Assembly (NCBI GenBank): GCA_963805625.1
Contig: CAWDVE010000012.1
Location: 134,936 to 198,935 of the forward strand
Source of the DNA: an uncultured Candidatus Rokubacteria bacterium
GTDB lineage: Bacteria; Methylomirabilota; Methylomirabilia; Rokubacteriales; DASRDR01
Direction of reading: 5' to 3'
Length of the DNA: 64,000 nt
Part shown: piece by piece, positions 1-10,384 of the stretch
Numbering within the stretch: the stretch's first letter is position 1
Layout of the letters: every line of letters starts with the position of its first letter
Position numbers and translations under genes: made by a program
The notes under the pieces: model-generated
What the model saw: the letters and a program-made list of their open reading frames with translations, nothing else
What the model was told of the DNA's origin: nothing
The model's database searches: none

Positions 1-330
1 CTCCTCGAGCGTCAGCTCGTCCGCGGCGGCGGCCGGGCGCTCGATGATGGTACTGCCGCCCACGGCGTTGACGAGGATGTCGATCCGGCCGTGCGCGCGC
101 ACCACCGCGTCGACCGCGGCGGCCACTTTCGCGCCATCGAGCGCATCGGCCACCTGTACCTCGGCCCGGCCGCCGCCCTGGCGGATGCCGTTGACGACCT
201 CCTCGAGCCGGGCCTTGTCGGGATCTACCCCGACGACCACGCCGCCTTCGCGGCCGATGATCTCCGCCGTCGCCCGACCGATCCCGCTGCCCGCCGCCGT
301 GATCAAGGCCACCCTGTCCTGAAACCTCAT
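1..330 (-). CDS. SDR family oxidoreductase (runs off window edge)
   Basis: Manual translation from ATG at 330: MRFQDRVALITAAGSGIGRATA...GRIDILVNAVGG; Rossmann GxxxGIG-like motif. Confidence 0.85.
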   Translation of the reverse strand, partial: MRFQDRVALITAAGSGIGRATAEIIGREGGVVVGVDPDKARLEEVVNGIRQGGGRAEVQVADALDGAKVAAAVDAVVRAHGRIDILVNAVGGSTIIERPAAAADELTLEE

Positions 331-424
331 GGACGGACGCCGCCTCTCCCCGCCACGCCAACACCGGGCGTGGCGAGCATAGGCGCGGCGGCCGCCGTCC
401 TCACTGGCTCTCCTTGGTCGACCC

Positions 425-3400
425 TCATGTCGCCGCCCGCATCTCCGCCTCGGCCTGCTCCAGCCAGAAGGTCATGCCCATCTCGCGGTACATCGTCGTC
501 GCGGCGGCGAGGTGCTCGCGGGCCTCCTCCCGCTTGCCGGCGCGCTGGTAGAGCTTGCCGATGCCGAGGTGGCAGTGGGCGACGAGGGGGCGCATGCCGA
601 GCTCGCCGGCGAGGGCCAGCGCCCCGCGGTAGTGACCTTCAGCCTCGGCAGCGTCCTCGGCGCCGCCGGCGGACGCGACGTCACCGGCGAGGCAGAGGGC
701 GTGGGCCTCGCTGCCCCGCGCCCCTAGCCGGCGGCTGAGCGTCAGCGCCTCTCGAGCGTGGCGGGCGGCCTCGGCGATCCGCCCGGCTGAGAGGCAGGTC
801 ATCCCCGCGCACAGCAGAATGAGCGTCGGCCAGCTGTGAGTCTGGCGTCTGCGGAACTCCTCGACAGCGCCCGCGACCAGCGGGAGCGCCTCGTCAGCCC
901 GGCCGGCGAGGGCGTAGGCGGCGCCGAGGGCCGCGGCGACGACCGGTATCCCGATGACGATCTGCCACGATCGGCAGAGGTCGAGGCTGCGCTCGAGGAC
1001 CCGGATCGCGCGCGGGAGATCCCCGCGACGGAGGTGGACGCGCCCGAGACTGGACAACCCGAAGTGCAGCGTGTAGGGATGATCGGCCGCTTCCGCGATC
1101 TGCACGGCACCCTCGGCGTGCCCGATGGCCTCGTCGAACCGGCCGAGCTGGGAGAGCGCGTCGGCGAGCCAGGCGCCTGACGCCGCCGACTGAATGGCGG
1201 GCCCGCCAAAGCGCTCGGCGCGCAGGTCGCCCTCGAGCGCCACGTTTCGCTCGAGCAAGGTGGCCGCGGCGCTGAACTCGCCCCGGGTGAGGTGCGTCAA
1301 GCCCAGCAAGGTCGTCGCGACCACCTCGATCGAGCGATCGCCGAGGGTGCGCGCGAGGCTCAGGGCCTCCCGCCCGAATCTGAGGGACTCGTCGTACTCG
1401 CCCGTGATCCGGCACTGGGTCACCATGAAGGTGGCGATCCACGCGAGCCGGCGCGGGTCGCCCAGCGTCCGGGCGAGCCCCTCTGCCTCGTGGAGGTACT
1501 CCCCGATGCGCGCATACTCGCCGAGCGGGAGGAGCGCGTTTCGGAGGTCGAGCCGGAAGTCGATGGCCAGCTCGGTCGTCTCTCGGGTCTCGGGGAGATG
1601 GCGGAGGGCCCCGAGGGCCTGCTCCAGGTGGGCCACGGCCTCGCGGTTGGCGCCCCGCGCCATGGCTCGGAGCCCCGCCTGGCGGAGATACGCGACCGCC
1701 TTCTCCCACAACTCCCCGCGCAGGGCGTGATGGGCCAGCTGTTCCGCCTGCTCGGCGAGGCGCTCGGGCGAGAGCCGCTCGAGGGCCTCGGTGATCCGAG
1801 CGTGCAGGGCGCGCTGCCGGTCGTGGAGCAGTCCCTGGTACGCCACCTCGTGCGTGAGTGCGTGCTTGAACGTGTACTCAAGGTCCGGAAAGAGCCGGGT
1901 CTCGTAGAGGAACTCCGCGGCCTGGAGGTGCGCGAGCCCGCGTCGAAGGCCCTCCTCCGGAAGATCGGCCACCGCCTGGAGCAGGGGGAACGCCACCTCT
2001 GTCCCGATGACGGACGCGGTTTGGAGCAGCAGTTTCTCGTCGGCGGGCAGGCGGTCGATGCGGGCGGCCAGAATCGCCTGCACCGTCGTGGGCACCTGGA
2101 TGCTGGGCAGGGCCGTTCCCAGGCGGTAGGCCCCGCGCTCGCCGATCAACGCGTGGGTCTCGACCAGCGTGCGGACGCTCTCCTCCAGGAAGAACGGGTT
2201 CCCTTCCGTCCGCTCGATCAGGAGCGGAGGGAGCGGACGCAGGCTGGGGTCGTCCCCCAGGAGGACGTGCAGGAGGGCCTCCGCGCCCTCGGGCGGCAAC
2301 GGGTCGAGCCGGAGCTGGGTGTAGAACATCCGGCTCCCCCAGCCGTGCTGGTATTCGGGGCGGTAGTTGACGAGGAGAAGGAGCCGGGCGGTCGGGAGGC
2401 CCTCGATGAGACTGTCCAGCAGGGCCTGGGTCTCGGAATCGATCCAGTGCAGGTCCTCGAACACGAGGAGCAGGGGCTGCCCCTGCGCTTCGCGCAGCAG
2501 GAGCCGCTTGATCGCCTCGAGCGTCCGCTGGCGCCGCTGCGGGGGGTCGAGCGCCTCCCACGCACCGTCCTCCACTGACACGTCGAGCAAGGCGAGGAAG
2601 GCGGGGAGGCTCGGCTCCAGGCTGCGGTCGAGCGCGAGGAGCTTGCCCATCACCTTCTCGCGCATCCGTCGCGGGTCGTCACGCGCCTCGATCTGGAAGT
2701 ACGCCTTGAGCAGGTCAACCACGGGCAGATACGGGGTCGCCTGCCCGTACGAGGCCGAGCTGGCGTGCAGGATGAGCCAGCCCGCGCTGCGATGGGAGTG
2801 CGTCACCTCCCAGACGAGCCGGGACTTCCCCACGCCCGGCTCCCCGACGAGGGCCACGACCTGGCCGTGCCCGGAGGCCGCGCGCCCGAGCGCCTGGCGC
2901 AGCTGCTCCACCTCGCGGTCCCGGCCGACGAACGTGGTCAGCCCCCGGGCGGCCGCCGCCTGCAGCCGCGTCCGGACCGGTCCCGCGCCGGTTACCTCGT
3001 AGACCTCGATGGGCGCGCCGAGGCCCTTGACCGACATCGGGCCGAGCGGCGTCACCCCGACGTAGCCCTCGGCCAGCCGGAGCACCTCGGCCGTCAGGAG
3101 GATCGACCCGGGTGCGGCCATCTGTTCCATCCGACCCGCCAGGTGGGTCGTCTGCCCGACGGCCGTGTACTCCATGTGGAGGTCGCTGCCGATCGAGCGG
3201 ACGACGACCTCTCCCGAGTTCAGCCCCACTCGGATCTGGACCAGCACGCCCTCGGCCCGTCGCACAGCCTCGGCGTACTGCTTGACCGAGTCCTGCATCC
3301 GGAGCGCCGCGTAGCACGCGCGCACCGCGTGATCCTCGTGGGCGGCGCCCCGAAGAGGGCCATGATGCCATCGCCCATGACCTGGTTGACGGTGCCCTCG

Positions 3401-3773
3401 TAGCGGTGAACCGCCTCCATCATCCGCTCGAGGACCGGGTCGAGGAGCTTCCGCGCCTCCTCGGGGTCGCGGTCGGCCAGCAGCTCCATCGAGCCCTTCA
3501 GTCGGCGAACAGCACGGTGACCTGCTTGCGCTCACCTTCAAGGGCGTTCCGGGACGTGAGGATCTTCTCGGCGAGGTGCTTCGGGGTATAGACCTGGGGC
3601 GCCAGAGATGGACCGGGTGAAGAGTCTAGCGGCTTGCCGCACTCCAGACAGAACTTCGCGCCGGCCGGCAGCGCGGTGCCGCACTGGGCGCACGTGGGCG
3701 CAAGCCGGCTCCCGCATTCCAGGCAGAGCTTCGCCGGCGGCGGGTTCTCGTGCTGGCACCGGGGGCAGTGCAT
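425..3773 (-). pseudogene. Double zinc ribbon + adenylate/guanylate cyclase + AAA ATPase + TPR protein, split by two frameshifts (~3500, ~3345)
   Basis: CPRC..CLECG/CAQC..CLECG; ERKQVTVLFAD | MELLADRDPEE..GDGIMALFGAP | AHEDHAVRACYAAL in three frames; Walker A GEPGVGKS. Confidence 0.85.
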
Positions 3774-4027
3774 GCCCAACATTTCCCCGCGCAGAGTGCC
3801 GCCAGCCTAGCCCACCGGACCTCGGGGAGCAACCAGGACCTGCCCTGTCCGAGTGTATGCCTTCGCATGCGCCAACAGTCTCCTGTTAGGCGCCGAGCAC
3901 CCCTCCTCTGCCATCACCGGCCGCCATCCCATCCCGGGAACTGGTCCCGAGTCCGCCCGGCCAGGATCCGGCAGCCTGCATCCGGACCGTCCCTTCCGCC
4001 AATTGCCGCCCCGCACCAGGAGCCGCT

Positions 4028-4072
4028 GCCGCCAGACCCTGTCGCCGCCAGACCCTGTCGCCGCCAGACCCT
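4028..4072 (+). repeat. 16-bp tandem repeat GCCGCCAGACCCTGTC x2.8
   Basis: Direct reading; abuts TTGACA at 4072. Confidence 0.9.
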
Positions 4073-4101
4073 TGACAGGGCGCGCGCCAGCCGCGCACCC
4101 T
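4072..4101 (+). promoter_or_regulatory. Putative sigma70 promoter upstream of dif-like site 1
   Basis: TTGACA-18-CACCCT; homologous to TTGACA-18-CACCAT at 44683-44712. Confidence 0.5.
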
Positions 4102-4140
4102 CGGGGCCAAGGGGGGATGTCTGCCAGCCCCCCTGGGGAA

Positions 4141-5276
4141 ACAGCTGAGAACGAGCTTTATTGATCTTTGACTATGTAATGGATACACGACTCACGTCCA
4201 CGGCAGGTCCGATGCGAGGATGCAGGACCACAGGAGGTGCTGGGACCCATGGACCCGACGGAACGACCGCCGTAGGTGGGCATCCAATTGACGAAGGTGT
4301 TCCGGTGCGCCATTGGCCAAGTCATGCTTGAACTTGGTCCAGACGAACTCGTCGGGATTCAGCTCGGGGGCATAGGCCGGGAACCGATGCACGTGCAGCC
4401 GCGTGTGTCGGGTCAAGAACGCCGTGACGTCGGCGCGCCGGTGAATCATGCCACCATCCCAGAGCAGCTCGACCGGTCCGCGGAGGTGCCGCAGGAGGTG
4501 GCGCAGAAACACCACGACCTCCGCCCCGGTGATGTTCACGGGGTGGACGTGCATGTACAAGCCCAGGCGGGCGCGCTGGGGGGACACCGACAGGGCAGAA
4601 ATCGCCGACAGCTTGTCGCGCGTGTAGCTGTGGCGTACCCGCGGCGTACACCCCACCGGCGCCCAGGTCTTCCGCATGTTCGGGATCAACAGGAAGCCGC
4701 TTTCATCGAGAAACACGAGGTGGGCCCCACGTCGGGCGGCGTTTTTTTATATCCGGCCACGTGTGCGTCTTCCAGTGTTCGATGGCCGCCTCGTCCCGCT
4801 GGCGCGCGCGCCGTTCGGGTTTCTGCCAACTCCAATGCAGGCCGTGCCGCAAGAGCTTCCACACGCCGACCGGACTGTAGCGTACGTCGAACTCCGCCTC
4901 GATCAGCGTGCCGATGCGCTTGAGCGTCCACAACTCGGTCGTGTGTCCGGCGGCCCGCGCGCCTTGGAGCAGCAACCGCCGGAGGCGCGCCTTCTGGGTC
5001 TCCGTCAACCGGGGCGGGCGGCCCGGCGTGGGCCGGGCGCGTAATCCGTTCCGCCGGTCGCGCCGATACGCTTGCTTCCAGCGCACGACGGAGCTCACGG
5101 CCGCCCGGACCAAGCGGGCGACTTCGCGATATGGCGTGCCCACCCGCAGGAGCGCGATAGCCCGGCGTCGACGCTTTTCCAGTTGCTCGGCCGTGCCAGA
5201 AGGTCTCATGCCGATCAGCATAGTGAACCACAGGCTAACCGTATGCATTCTTTAGTAAATGGTCAATATGTCGACT
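4141..5276 (+). other. dif/Xer-like site 1, interrupted by IS630 and abutting IS110
   Basis: Restored ACAGCTGAGAA-CGAGCT-TTATGTCGACT (4141-4160 + 5269-5276); right arm 8/11 identical to E. coli XerD arm TTATGTTAAAT. Confidence 0.65.
4161..5266 (-). mobile_element. IS630 family element, copy A1 (two ORFs joined by -1 frameshift)
   Basis: HTH ORF 4703-5248 + DDE ORF 4192-4716 (FLDESG..LNPDE); A7C slippery site ~4741-4748; TA duplication; imperfect IRs TTGATCTTTGACTA/TAGTAAATGGTCAA. Confidence 0.95.
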
Positions 5277-5299
5277 TCTATGAAGCGGCCCCCCGTGTC

Positions 5300-5560
5300 A
5301 AGCGATAGCGGCGTGTGTGGTGTCCCTCTCGTCCTCCCGTCCTAGGTCAGCGGTCCACGGCGATGGGACCTACGGTTCCCGCGAGGTTCAGTCATCCTTC
5401 TATTCGCGCTCGTCAGGGGCGAGCGGGGCTCGCCGGCGCATGAGGGGAGTCGAAGGGTGGGGACGCCATCTATGCAACGGCGCTCGAACAGCGGCCAAGT
5501 CGACATACGCGCTCACCCACCCGTCGAACCTGCGCGAGACCGAGGTGCCGCTCATCTCAC
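5300..5560 (-). ncRNA. Putative bridge/seek RNA of the IS1111-type element (boundaries approximate)
   Basis: Stem GGGTGGG/CCCACCC encloses a loop with TATGTCGACT (5498-5507) matching the target; a second hairpin CGCTCG/CGAGCG lies next to ATAGAAG (5397-5403) matching the element end plus core. Confidence 0.7.
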
Positions 5561-5710
5561 CGACGCGGACTATGCCTGACTTCTCAGGGCTCGGAGCCTG
5601 ACTCGGGTGAATCGCGATCGCCCAGTGGGCCCAGGACGCGTCCGTTGACCTGGACCGCTATCTGGGTATTCCCGAAATCGGCTATTTTCGCGTTCGCCAT
5701 GCGCCGCCCG

Positions 5711-6754
5711 TCAGACGGGAGCAGCCGCCTCGGCCACGTGGCGCGGCACGACCCGTGGAGTATACGTCGTCCCGTCGCGCAGCATCGCGTAAAGGATGCC
5801 GGCCAGGCGACGGGCCAGCGCGACGACGGCGATCTTCTTGCCACGGCGCGTGGCGATGCCCATGGCCCACCGCCGCAAGGCGACCGTCCGGGGATCACGC
5901 AGGCGCAGGATCGACACGGCCGCCTGGACGAGCAACCAGCGCATCCGGGTATTGCCAGCCTTGGTGATCCGCCCGCGTCGTTGACTCTCCCCCGAGCTCA
6001 GCTCCCTCGGGACGAGGCCGAGATACGCTTCCACGTCATGCGCCCGGTGGAAACGCCCGGCGTCGTCGATCGTGGCCACGAAGGCCGCCGCGGTCACCGG
6101 TCCCACACTGGGGACTGTCCGCAGGCGCTGGACTCGCACATCTGGGCGCGTGACGGCCTCGATCACCTCGTCCGAGTAGGCGAGCTGCTGATTGACGGGC
6201 CGCATCACCGCCAGCAGGGGCGCCACCTCCGAGAGCAGGCGGCCCGGCAGCGGCAGCGCCACGACGCGCCGGATGAACGTGTCCGCGCTCCCCGTGGGCA
6301 CGCGCCACCCGTGGCGGCGCAGAAGAGCCCGGATCAGGGCGATGTAGCCGGTGCGCGTCCGAACCAAGGCATCGCGCACCGCCAGGCGCCCCCGCACATG
6401 CCGCTGCGCGTCCGAGAGCCGATGCGCCGGGCGGTACGCCCCCAGCAGGCAGGCCTCCGCCAGCGCCCGGGCATCCCGCCGATCGGTCTTGACCTTCCGG
6501 GTCCGCGTGGCAGACATCGGCGCGAAGTTCGGGTCCGCCACCACGACCTCGTGGCCCAAGGCCTCAAGGCAGCGCGCCACCCACTCGCTCTCCGTTGAGG
6601 CCTCGACGAGGATCCGGGCTCGCGGCCGGCCGCCCAGCACCTCCGCGAACCGCTCGGGCTCGGTGCGGATCCGGCATTCGCTCAATTGGCCCCCCTCGCG
6701 GAGGGTGCAGATCTGGCTTTCCTTCTTGTGCAGGTCGATGCCAACATAGTCCAT
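5711..6754 (-). CDS. IS110 DEDD recombinase/transposase
   Basis: MDYVGIDLHK, KTDRRDA, YLGLVPRELSSG...ITKAGN motifs. Confidence 0.95.
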   Translation of the reverse strand: MDYVGIDLHKKESQICTLREGGQLSECRIRTEPERFAEVLGGRPRARILVEASTESEWVARCLEALGHEVVVADPNFAPMSATRTRKVKTDRRDARALAEACLLGAYRPAHRLSDAQRHVRGRLAVRDALVRTRTGYIALIRALLRRHGWRVPTGSADTFIRRVVALPLPGRLLSEVAPLLAVMRPVNQQLAYSDEVIEAVTRPDVRVQRLRTVPSVGPVTAAAFVATIDDAGRFHRAHDVEAYLGLVPRELSSGESQRRGRITKAGNTRMRWLLVQAAVSILRLRDPRTVALRRWAMGIATRRGKKIAVVALARRLAGILYAMLRDGTTYTPRVVPRHVAEAAAPV

Positions 6755-6875
6755 GGCTGGCCCCCTCGTGCGCCCGTGAGCGCGTGTTCGCTCAGTGGGG
6801 CACTGTATGCCACCACGTCGAGCTGCGGGTCAGCCGCTTCATCCCATCTACCCACGTTCCCCGGGAGGTGTGCCC

Positions 6876-7334
6876 GTGCCAGTCGATCGCACGTATGCAA
6901 CTGAGAACGATGCACAGCGGGAGCGGCTTCGCGCCCTTGTCCGGAGCCTCGGCGACCAGGACCTCGCGCGCCCCATGGAGGCCGGCTGGACGGTGGCGGC
7001 AGTCCTCGCGCACGCCGCCTTCTGGGATCAGCGGATTGTCGTCCTGCTCGACCAGTGGGAGCAACGGGGCCCCTCGTGGACCCCGCCCCTCGAAGTGGAG
7101 CGCGATGGCGACTGGATCAACGATGCCGCGAAGGCGCTCTGCCTGGCCCTCCCGCCTCGCGTGGCGGCCGACCTCGCCGTCTCGGTCGCCGAGGCGGTGG
7201 ATCGGCGGGTGGCCGCGGTGAGCGACGCCATCATCGAGGCGAATGCGCGGGCCGGCTCTCCGCTCAACTGGCACCGCGCGGAACACCGGCGCGAGCACCT
7301 GGACGAGATCGAGCGAGCGCTCCGCGGCGCCTGA
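6876..7334 (+). CDS. DinB/mycothiol-dependent maleylpyruvate isomerase-like protein
   Basis: GWTVAAVLAHAAFWD...HRREHLDEI; GGAGG RBS before GTG. Confidence 0.8.
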   Translation: MPVDRTYATENDAQRERLRALVRSLGDQDLARPMEAGWTVAAVLAHAAFWDQRIVVLLDQWEQRGPSWTPPLEVERDGDWINDAAKALCLALPPRVAADLAVSVAEAVDRRVAAVSDAIIEANARAGSPLNWHRAEHRREHLDEIERALRGA

Positions 7335-7368
7335 TCCCCCGATGCGCTTCTCCGGGCCCCCGGGGGAA

Positions 7369-8470
7369 ACAGCTGAGAACGAGCTCTACTAGTCAGTCCG
7401 ACACTTGGCGCATGAAAGAAGGAGCGAACCAGGCCGGTCGCGCTTGAATACCCGCCAGATCCACCTGGACGCGGCTTCGAAGCGATTCGTCTTTCCGCAA
7501 CGGGGTCTTGCTGACGCCTTGGCGCTTGAGGTGGTTCCAGACGAACTCGTCGGGGTTCAACTCCGGCGCATAGCCGGGCAGGAAATGCAGCTCGAGGCGA
7601 CCGGCAAGCTGCTGGACGTACTGCGCGGCTACGTTGGCGATGTGCGCGGGGTGGCCGTCGAGGACGAGGAACACGGCGCGCTTGCGCCCGCGCATGAAGT
7701 GCGTCAGCAACTCGACGAACCGTGGGGCGTTGAGCCGTTCGGTGTAGATCTCGTACCAGAAGGCGCCGCGGGCGTTGACGGCGGAGATGGCGCTCACGCT
7801 CTGGCGCCGGCCGCTCGTGGGGACCTCGGGCGTCTGCCCCCGCAGACCCCACGTCCGCCCGAGGACTTGGTCGGAACGGACCCCGGCCTCATCGAGGAAG
7901 AAGATCTTCGCGCCGACGCGCTTGGCCCGCGCGCGCAGGCGGGGGAACACCGCCGTTTTCCAGTGCTCGATCGCCACGGGATCGCGCTCGTAGGCGCGGC
8001 GCAACGGTTTCTGGGGCGTGATGTCCAACTCGGTGAGGAGGCGACCGACGGCGGTCACGCCCAGCCGCACGCCGAACTTCTGTGCGATCAGCGCCGCTAC
8101 AATCTGCCGAGTCCAGAGGCCAAAGTCGAAGCCGTACTGGCGCGGGTCCTTGCCATTGATCCATCGCCGGACCTGGAGCTTCTGGCGCGGCGTCAGGGCC
8201 GGCTGCCGCCCCGGATGTGTTCGCGCGGTGAGCGCCGCTGGGCCGCGTCGCCGCACCGCGGTCAGCCATTTGTAGATCGTGGTGCGACACAACCCATAGC
8301 CTTTGATGACGTCGCTCGGCGCTTCGCCTTCCTGCACGCGCCGCACGGCCATGCGCCGGATTGTCTCGGAGGTCTCGTGCGACAGGGTCCGCCCGTCGAT
8401 CCGCATAACCCTTCATATCACAATCCGAGCGCAGTGTAGCCTAAAGACAGGACTGGTTAGTATGTCGACT
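7369..8470 (+). other. dif/Xer-like site 2, interrupted by IS630
   Basis: Restored ACAGCTGAGAA-CGAGCT-CTATGTCGACT; same spacer as site 1. Confidence 0.65.
7389..8460 (-). mobile_element. IS630 family element B (single ORF 7393-8406)
   Basis: FFLDEAG...LDGHPAH...PELNPDE; IRs CTAGTCAGTCC/GGACTGGTTAG; TA duplication at 7387-88 and 8461-62. Confidence 0.95.
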
Positions 8471-8480
8471 ACCCCCAAGC

Positions 8481-8590
8481 TCAGGGTGCTTCGTTGAATG
8501 CCGCGGCGTGGTTGGTCGGCGCGACGTGCCCTCCTCCAGGAATAACAATGAGTCGCGACCCCGGAAATGCAGCGATGGGCCGTCTCCGCC
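8481..8590 (-). pseudogene. Alpha/beta hydrolase C-terminal fragment
   Basis: FPGSRLIVIPGGGHVAPTNHAAAFNEA resembles the catalytic-His region. Confidence 0.45.
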
Positions 8591-8685
8591 GCAAGCGCCG
8601 AGATGCACAGGAACCGCTAGCTACGGTTTCAGCCACGGTGAGCCCGTCGTGACCAAAATGGTGTTCGCTAACTATCGAAAAAGGC

Positions 8686-8730
8686 TGGCGCGCCTGGAGG
8701 GAATCGAACCCCCGACCCACGGCTTAGAAG
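8686..8730. repeat. att site: 45-bp duplicate of the tRNA-Arg 3' half
   Basis: TGGCGCGCCTGG...GGCTTAGAAG identical to 24600-24644; identity ends at the anticodon loop. Confidence 0.95.
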
Positions 8731-8918
8731 TGCGGGAAGGGGTTCCACGACCGCACGGGACCAAGTGCGACGGGGTATGACTGGACAAGGAGTTGCGTCG
8801 AATTCTGACAATACCGATGGTGACCGGACCGTACCTATTTCGACGCTGAACCGGCACTACGACCGGCACCGGCAGTCGCGCCAGGATAGGCGCATATGCC
8901 GCTGATCGAGGCCCCCCA

Positions 8919-8990
8919 CGGTCCGACCCCAACGGGGGGTCGGGGTCGCGACGCTGGGCTGTCGCTGGCAAATTTTGATTTCGCAAAAAA
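8919..8990. repeat. Conserved non-coding cis element (inverted copy at 60260-60329)
   Basis: ~70 bp identical apart from one indel. Confidence 0.9.
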
Positions 8991-9329
8991 GGGGCGAGAC
9001 CCTCCAGCTGGCTAGGTGCCAGGCCCCTCCTGTGATCCCCGCCAATGGGAGCATGTCCCCGCACGGTGCTCCGCGCGGTCAGCGCGTCCGCCTGGGTCTG
9101 CGCTTCGGCCACCGTCCCTACACCCGCGACGATGACGGCTCCTAGGGCGCTGAAGTCCTCCTGACTGTGGGGAGCCCGGAGCGTTTGCGGGCGGCCTCCG
9201 ACGTCAGTCGGCGCTTCCGGCGGGCCCCGATCTCGGTCGCGACCTGGCCCAGCTGCTCCGGCGGGAACAGGGCCCGCATCTCGTGCGCGCCCGTCTGCCA
9301 CCGCCGGACCCCGGGCACCGCCCACAGCC

Positions 9330-9410
9330 GGCCACAACACCGCTGCCCAGCAACAGCAGGCTTGAAGGCTCGGGGACAGAAAAGTACCAAACAATGCTGA
9401 CCCCCATCGT
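9330..9410 (-). pseudogene. Orphan PEP-CTERM sorting-signal fragment
   Basis: WYFSVPEPSSLLLLGSGVVAG. Confidence 0.6.
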
Positions 9411-9439
9411 CATTCCTCGCACTTTCCCATCCGACCTAT

Positions 9440-10384
9440 TCAGCGATGTTCCTTGGCCACGACGATCAATGGATACTGCCCATAGAGGCCAAAGAATCGC
9501 GGGAATAGGCTCTCGGCCACGAACAGCAGGCGAAGTGCGATGCGGACGAGAATTCCGCTCCCGAAACGCTGGAGGTTTCCGAGGGTGCGCCAACCGCGCA
9601 CGTCGTGACGGAATGGCCACTCCTTCCCAAAGAACCACTCCCGGCTATGGGCGTGGTAATAGAGTCCGGCCCCCGCAGTCTTTGGGGCCGGTGGCGCTCC
9701 GAGTCGATTCAGGAGACGGGACAGGCCCGCATTGAGGGGCGAGTAACCCCAAGAGTAGATGATCGCTGCCCTGCCCCCGGGTTTCAGCACGCGATGGAGC
9801 TCCGTGAATGCACGGCCCTGCTCGTCGGCCGGAATGTGATAGATCGTGTGGAATGACACGGCCGCATCGATCACGTCGTCCTGCAAAGGCAGGCGAGTTA
9901 GGTCGGCCAGGAGATACACGCCACGATCGCCGAGCTTCCGTCTGGCCTCGCGAAGCGCCTCGATCGAAAGGTCGAGGCAGAGGCGCCGCTCGAAGTGCTC
10001 GTGGAAGCGCATGTACTCCGGGTAGGGGATCGGGCCACTCGCGGCGTCGAGCAAATACCGCCCTCGCCGTGGAAGGAACTTTCGCACCCGGGCGATGCAG
10101 CGCGCTGTGTAAGACCACGATGACTCGCGCTGGTCGGTGAAGGTCTGCACCTCCTTGTATGAGGCACCGACCGATTGCCAGCCAAACGTGTCGTAGTACC
10201 GCTGGGTCGCCGCTTTCTCATCGCGAAGTGACGCGCCTTCGTCCAGCGTCGAAAGAAAGTCGACAATGCCGTCGATGATCCGGTAGCGATATTTGCCGCT
10301 CGCCGAAACGAGCACATCGCCGTCGAGTCTGAGCTCTTCTCCGGACACGGGGCATCGAAGGATCGAGATGACGTGCTGATTCAT
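9440..10384 (-). CDS. Class I SAM-dependent methyltransferase with Trm112-like N-terminus
   Basis: ILRCPVSGEEL...YRIIDGIVDF; LLDAASG; ADLTRLPL; LHRVLKPGG. Confidence 0.85.
   Translation of the reverse strand: MNQHVISILRCPVSGEELRLDGDVLVSASGKYRYRIIDGIVDFLSTLDEGASLRDEKAATQRYYDTFGWQSVGASYKEVQTFTDQRESSWSYTARCIARVRKFLPRRGRYLLDAASGPIPYPEYMRFHEHFERRLCLDLSIEALREARRKLGDRGVYLLADLTRLPLQDDVIDAAVSFHTIYHIPADEQGRAFTELHRVLKPGGRAAIIYSWGYSPLNAGLSRLLNRLGAPPAPKTAGAGLYYHAHSREWFFGKEWPFRHDVRGWRTLGNLQRFGSGILVRIALRLLFVAESLFPRFFGLYGQYPLIVVAKEHR

Larger units (their letters stand above)
5277..6849 (-). mobile_element. IS110 family, IS1111-type element
   Basis: Sub-terminal 10-bp IRs ATGAAGCGGC (5280-5289)/GCCGCTTCAT (6833-6842); CT core at 5275-76 and 6848-49; long non-coding region 3' of the recombinase; outward TTGACA near the right end. 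Confidence 0.9.

Noticed and set aside
4135-4160. GGGGAAAC repeat as a CRISPR repeat
   Set aside because: Copies are hundreds to thousands of bp apart, with no regular spacers and no cas genes.
4135-4160. GGGG..GCTGAGA as a TPP riboswitch
   Set aside because: The downstream CCTGAT...TAATG...CGTAGG elements are absent, and copies also occur 3' of genes.
4130-6865. Restored site 1 as a classical integron attC (AAC...GTT stem)
   Set aside because: The GGGGAAAC/GTTCCCC stem is present only in site 1; there are no RYYYAAC/GTTRRRY boxes and no recognisable IntI.
7362-7400. Repeat as a Tn3-family 38-bp IR
   Set aside because: Copies are direct rather than inverted, lack the ACGxTAAG end, and no Tn3 transposase is present.
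8686-8730. Second tRNA-Arg gene
   Set aside because: Only the 3' half is present; it is an att duplicate.
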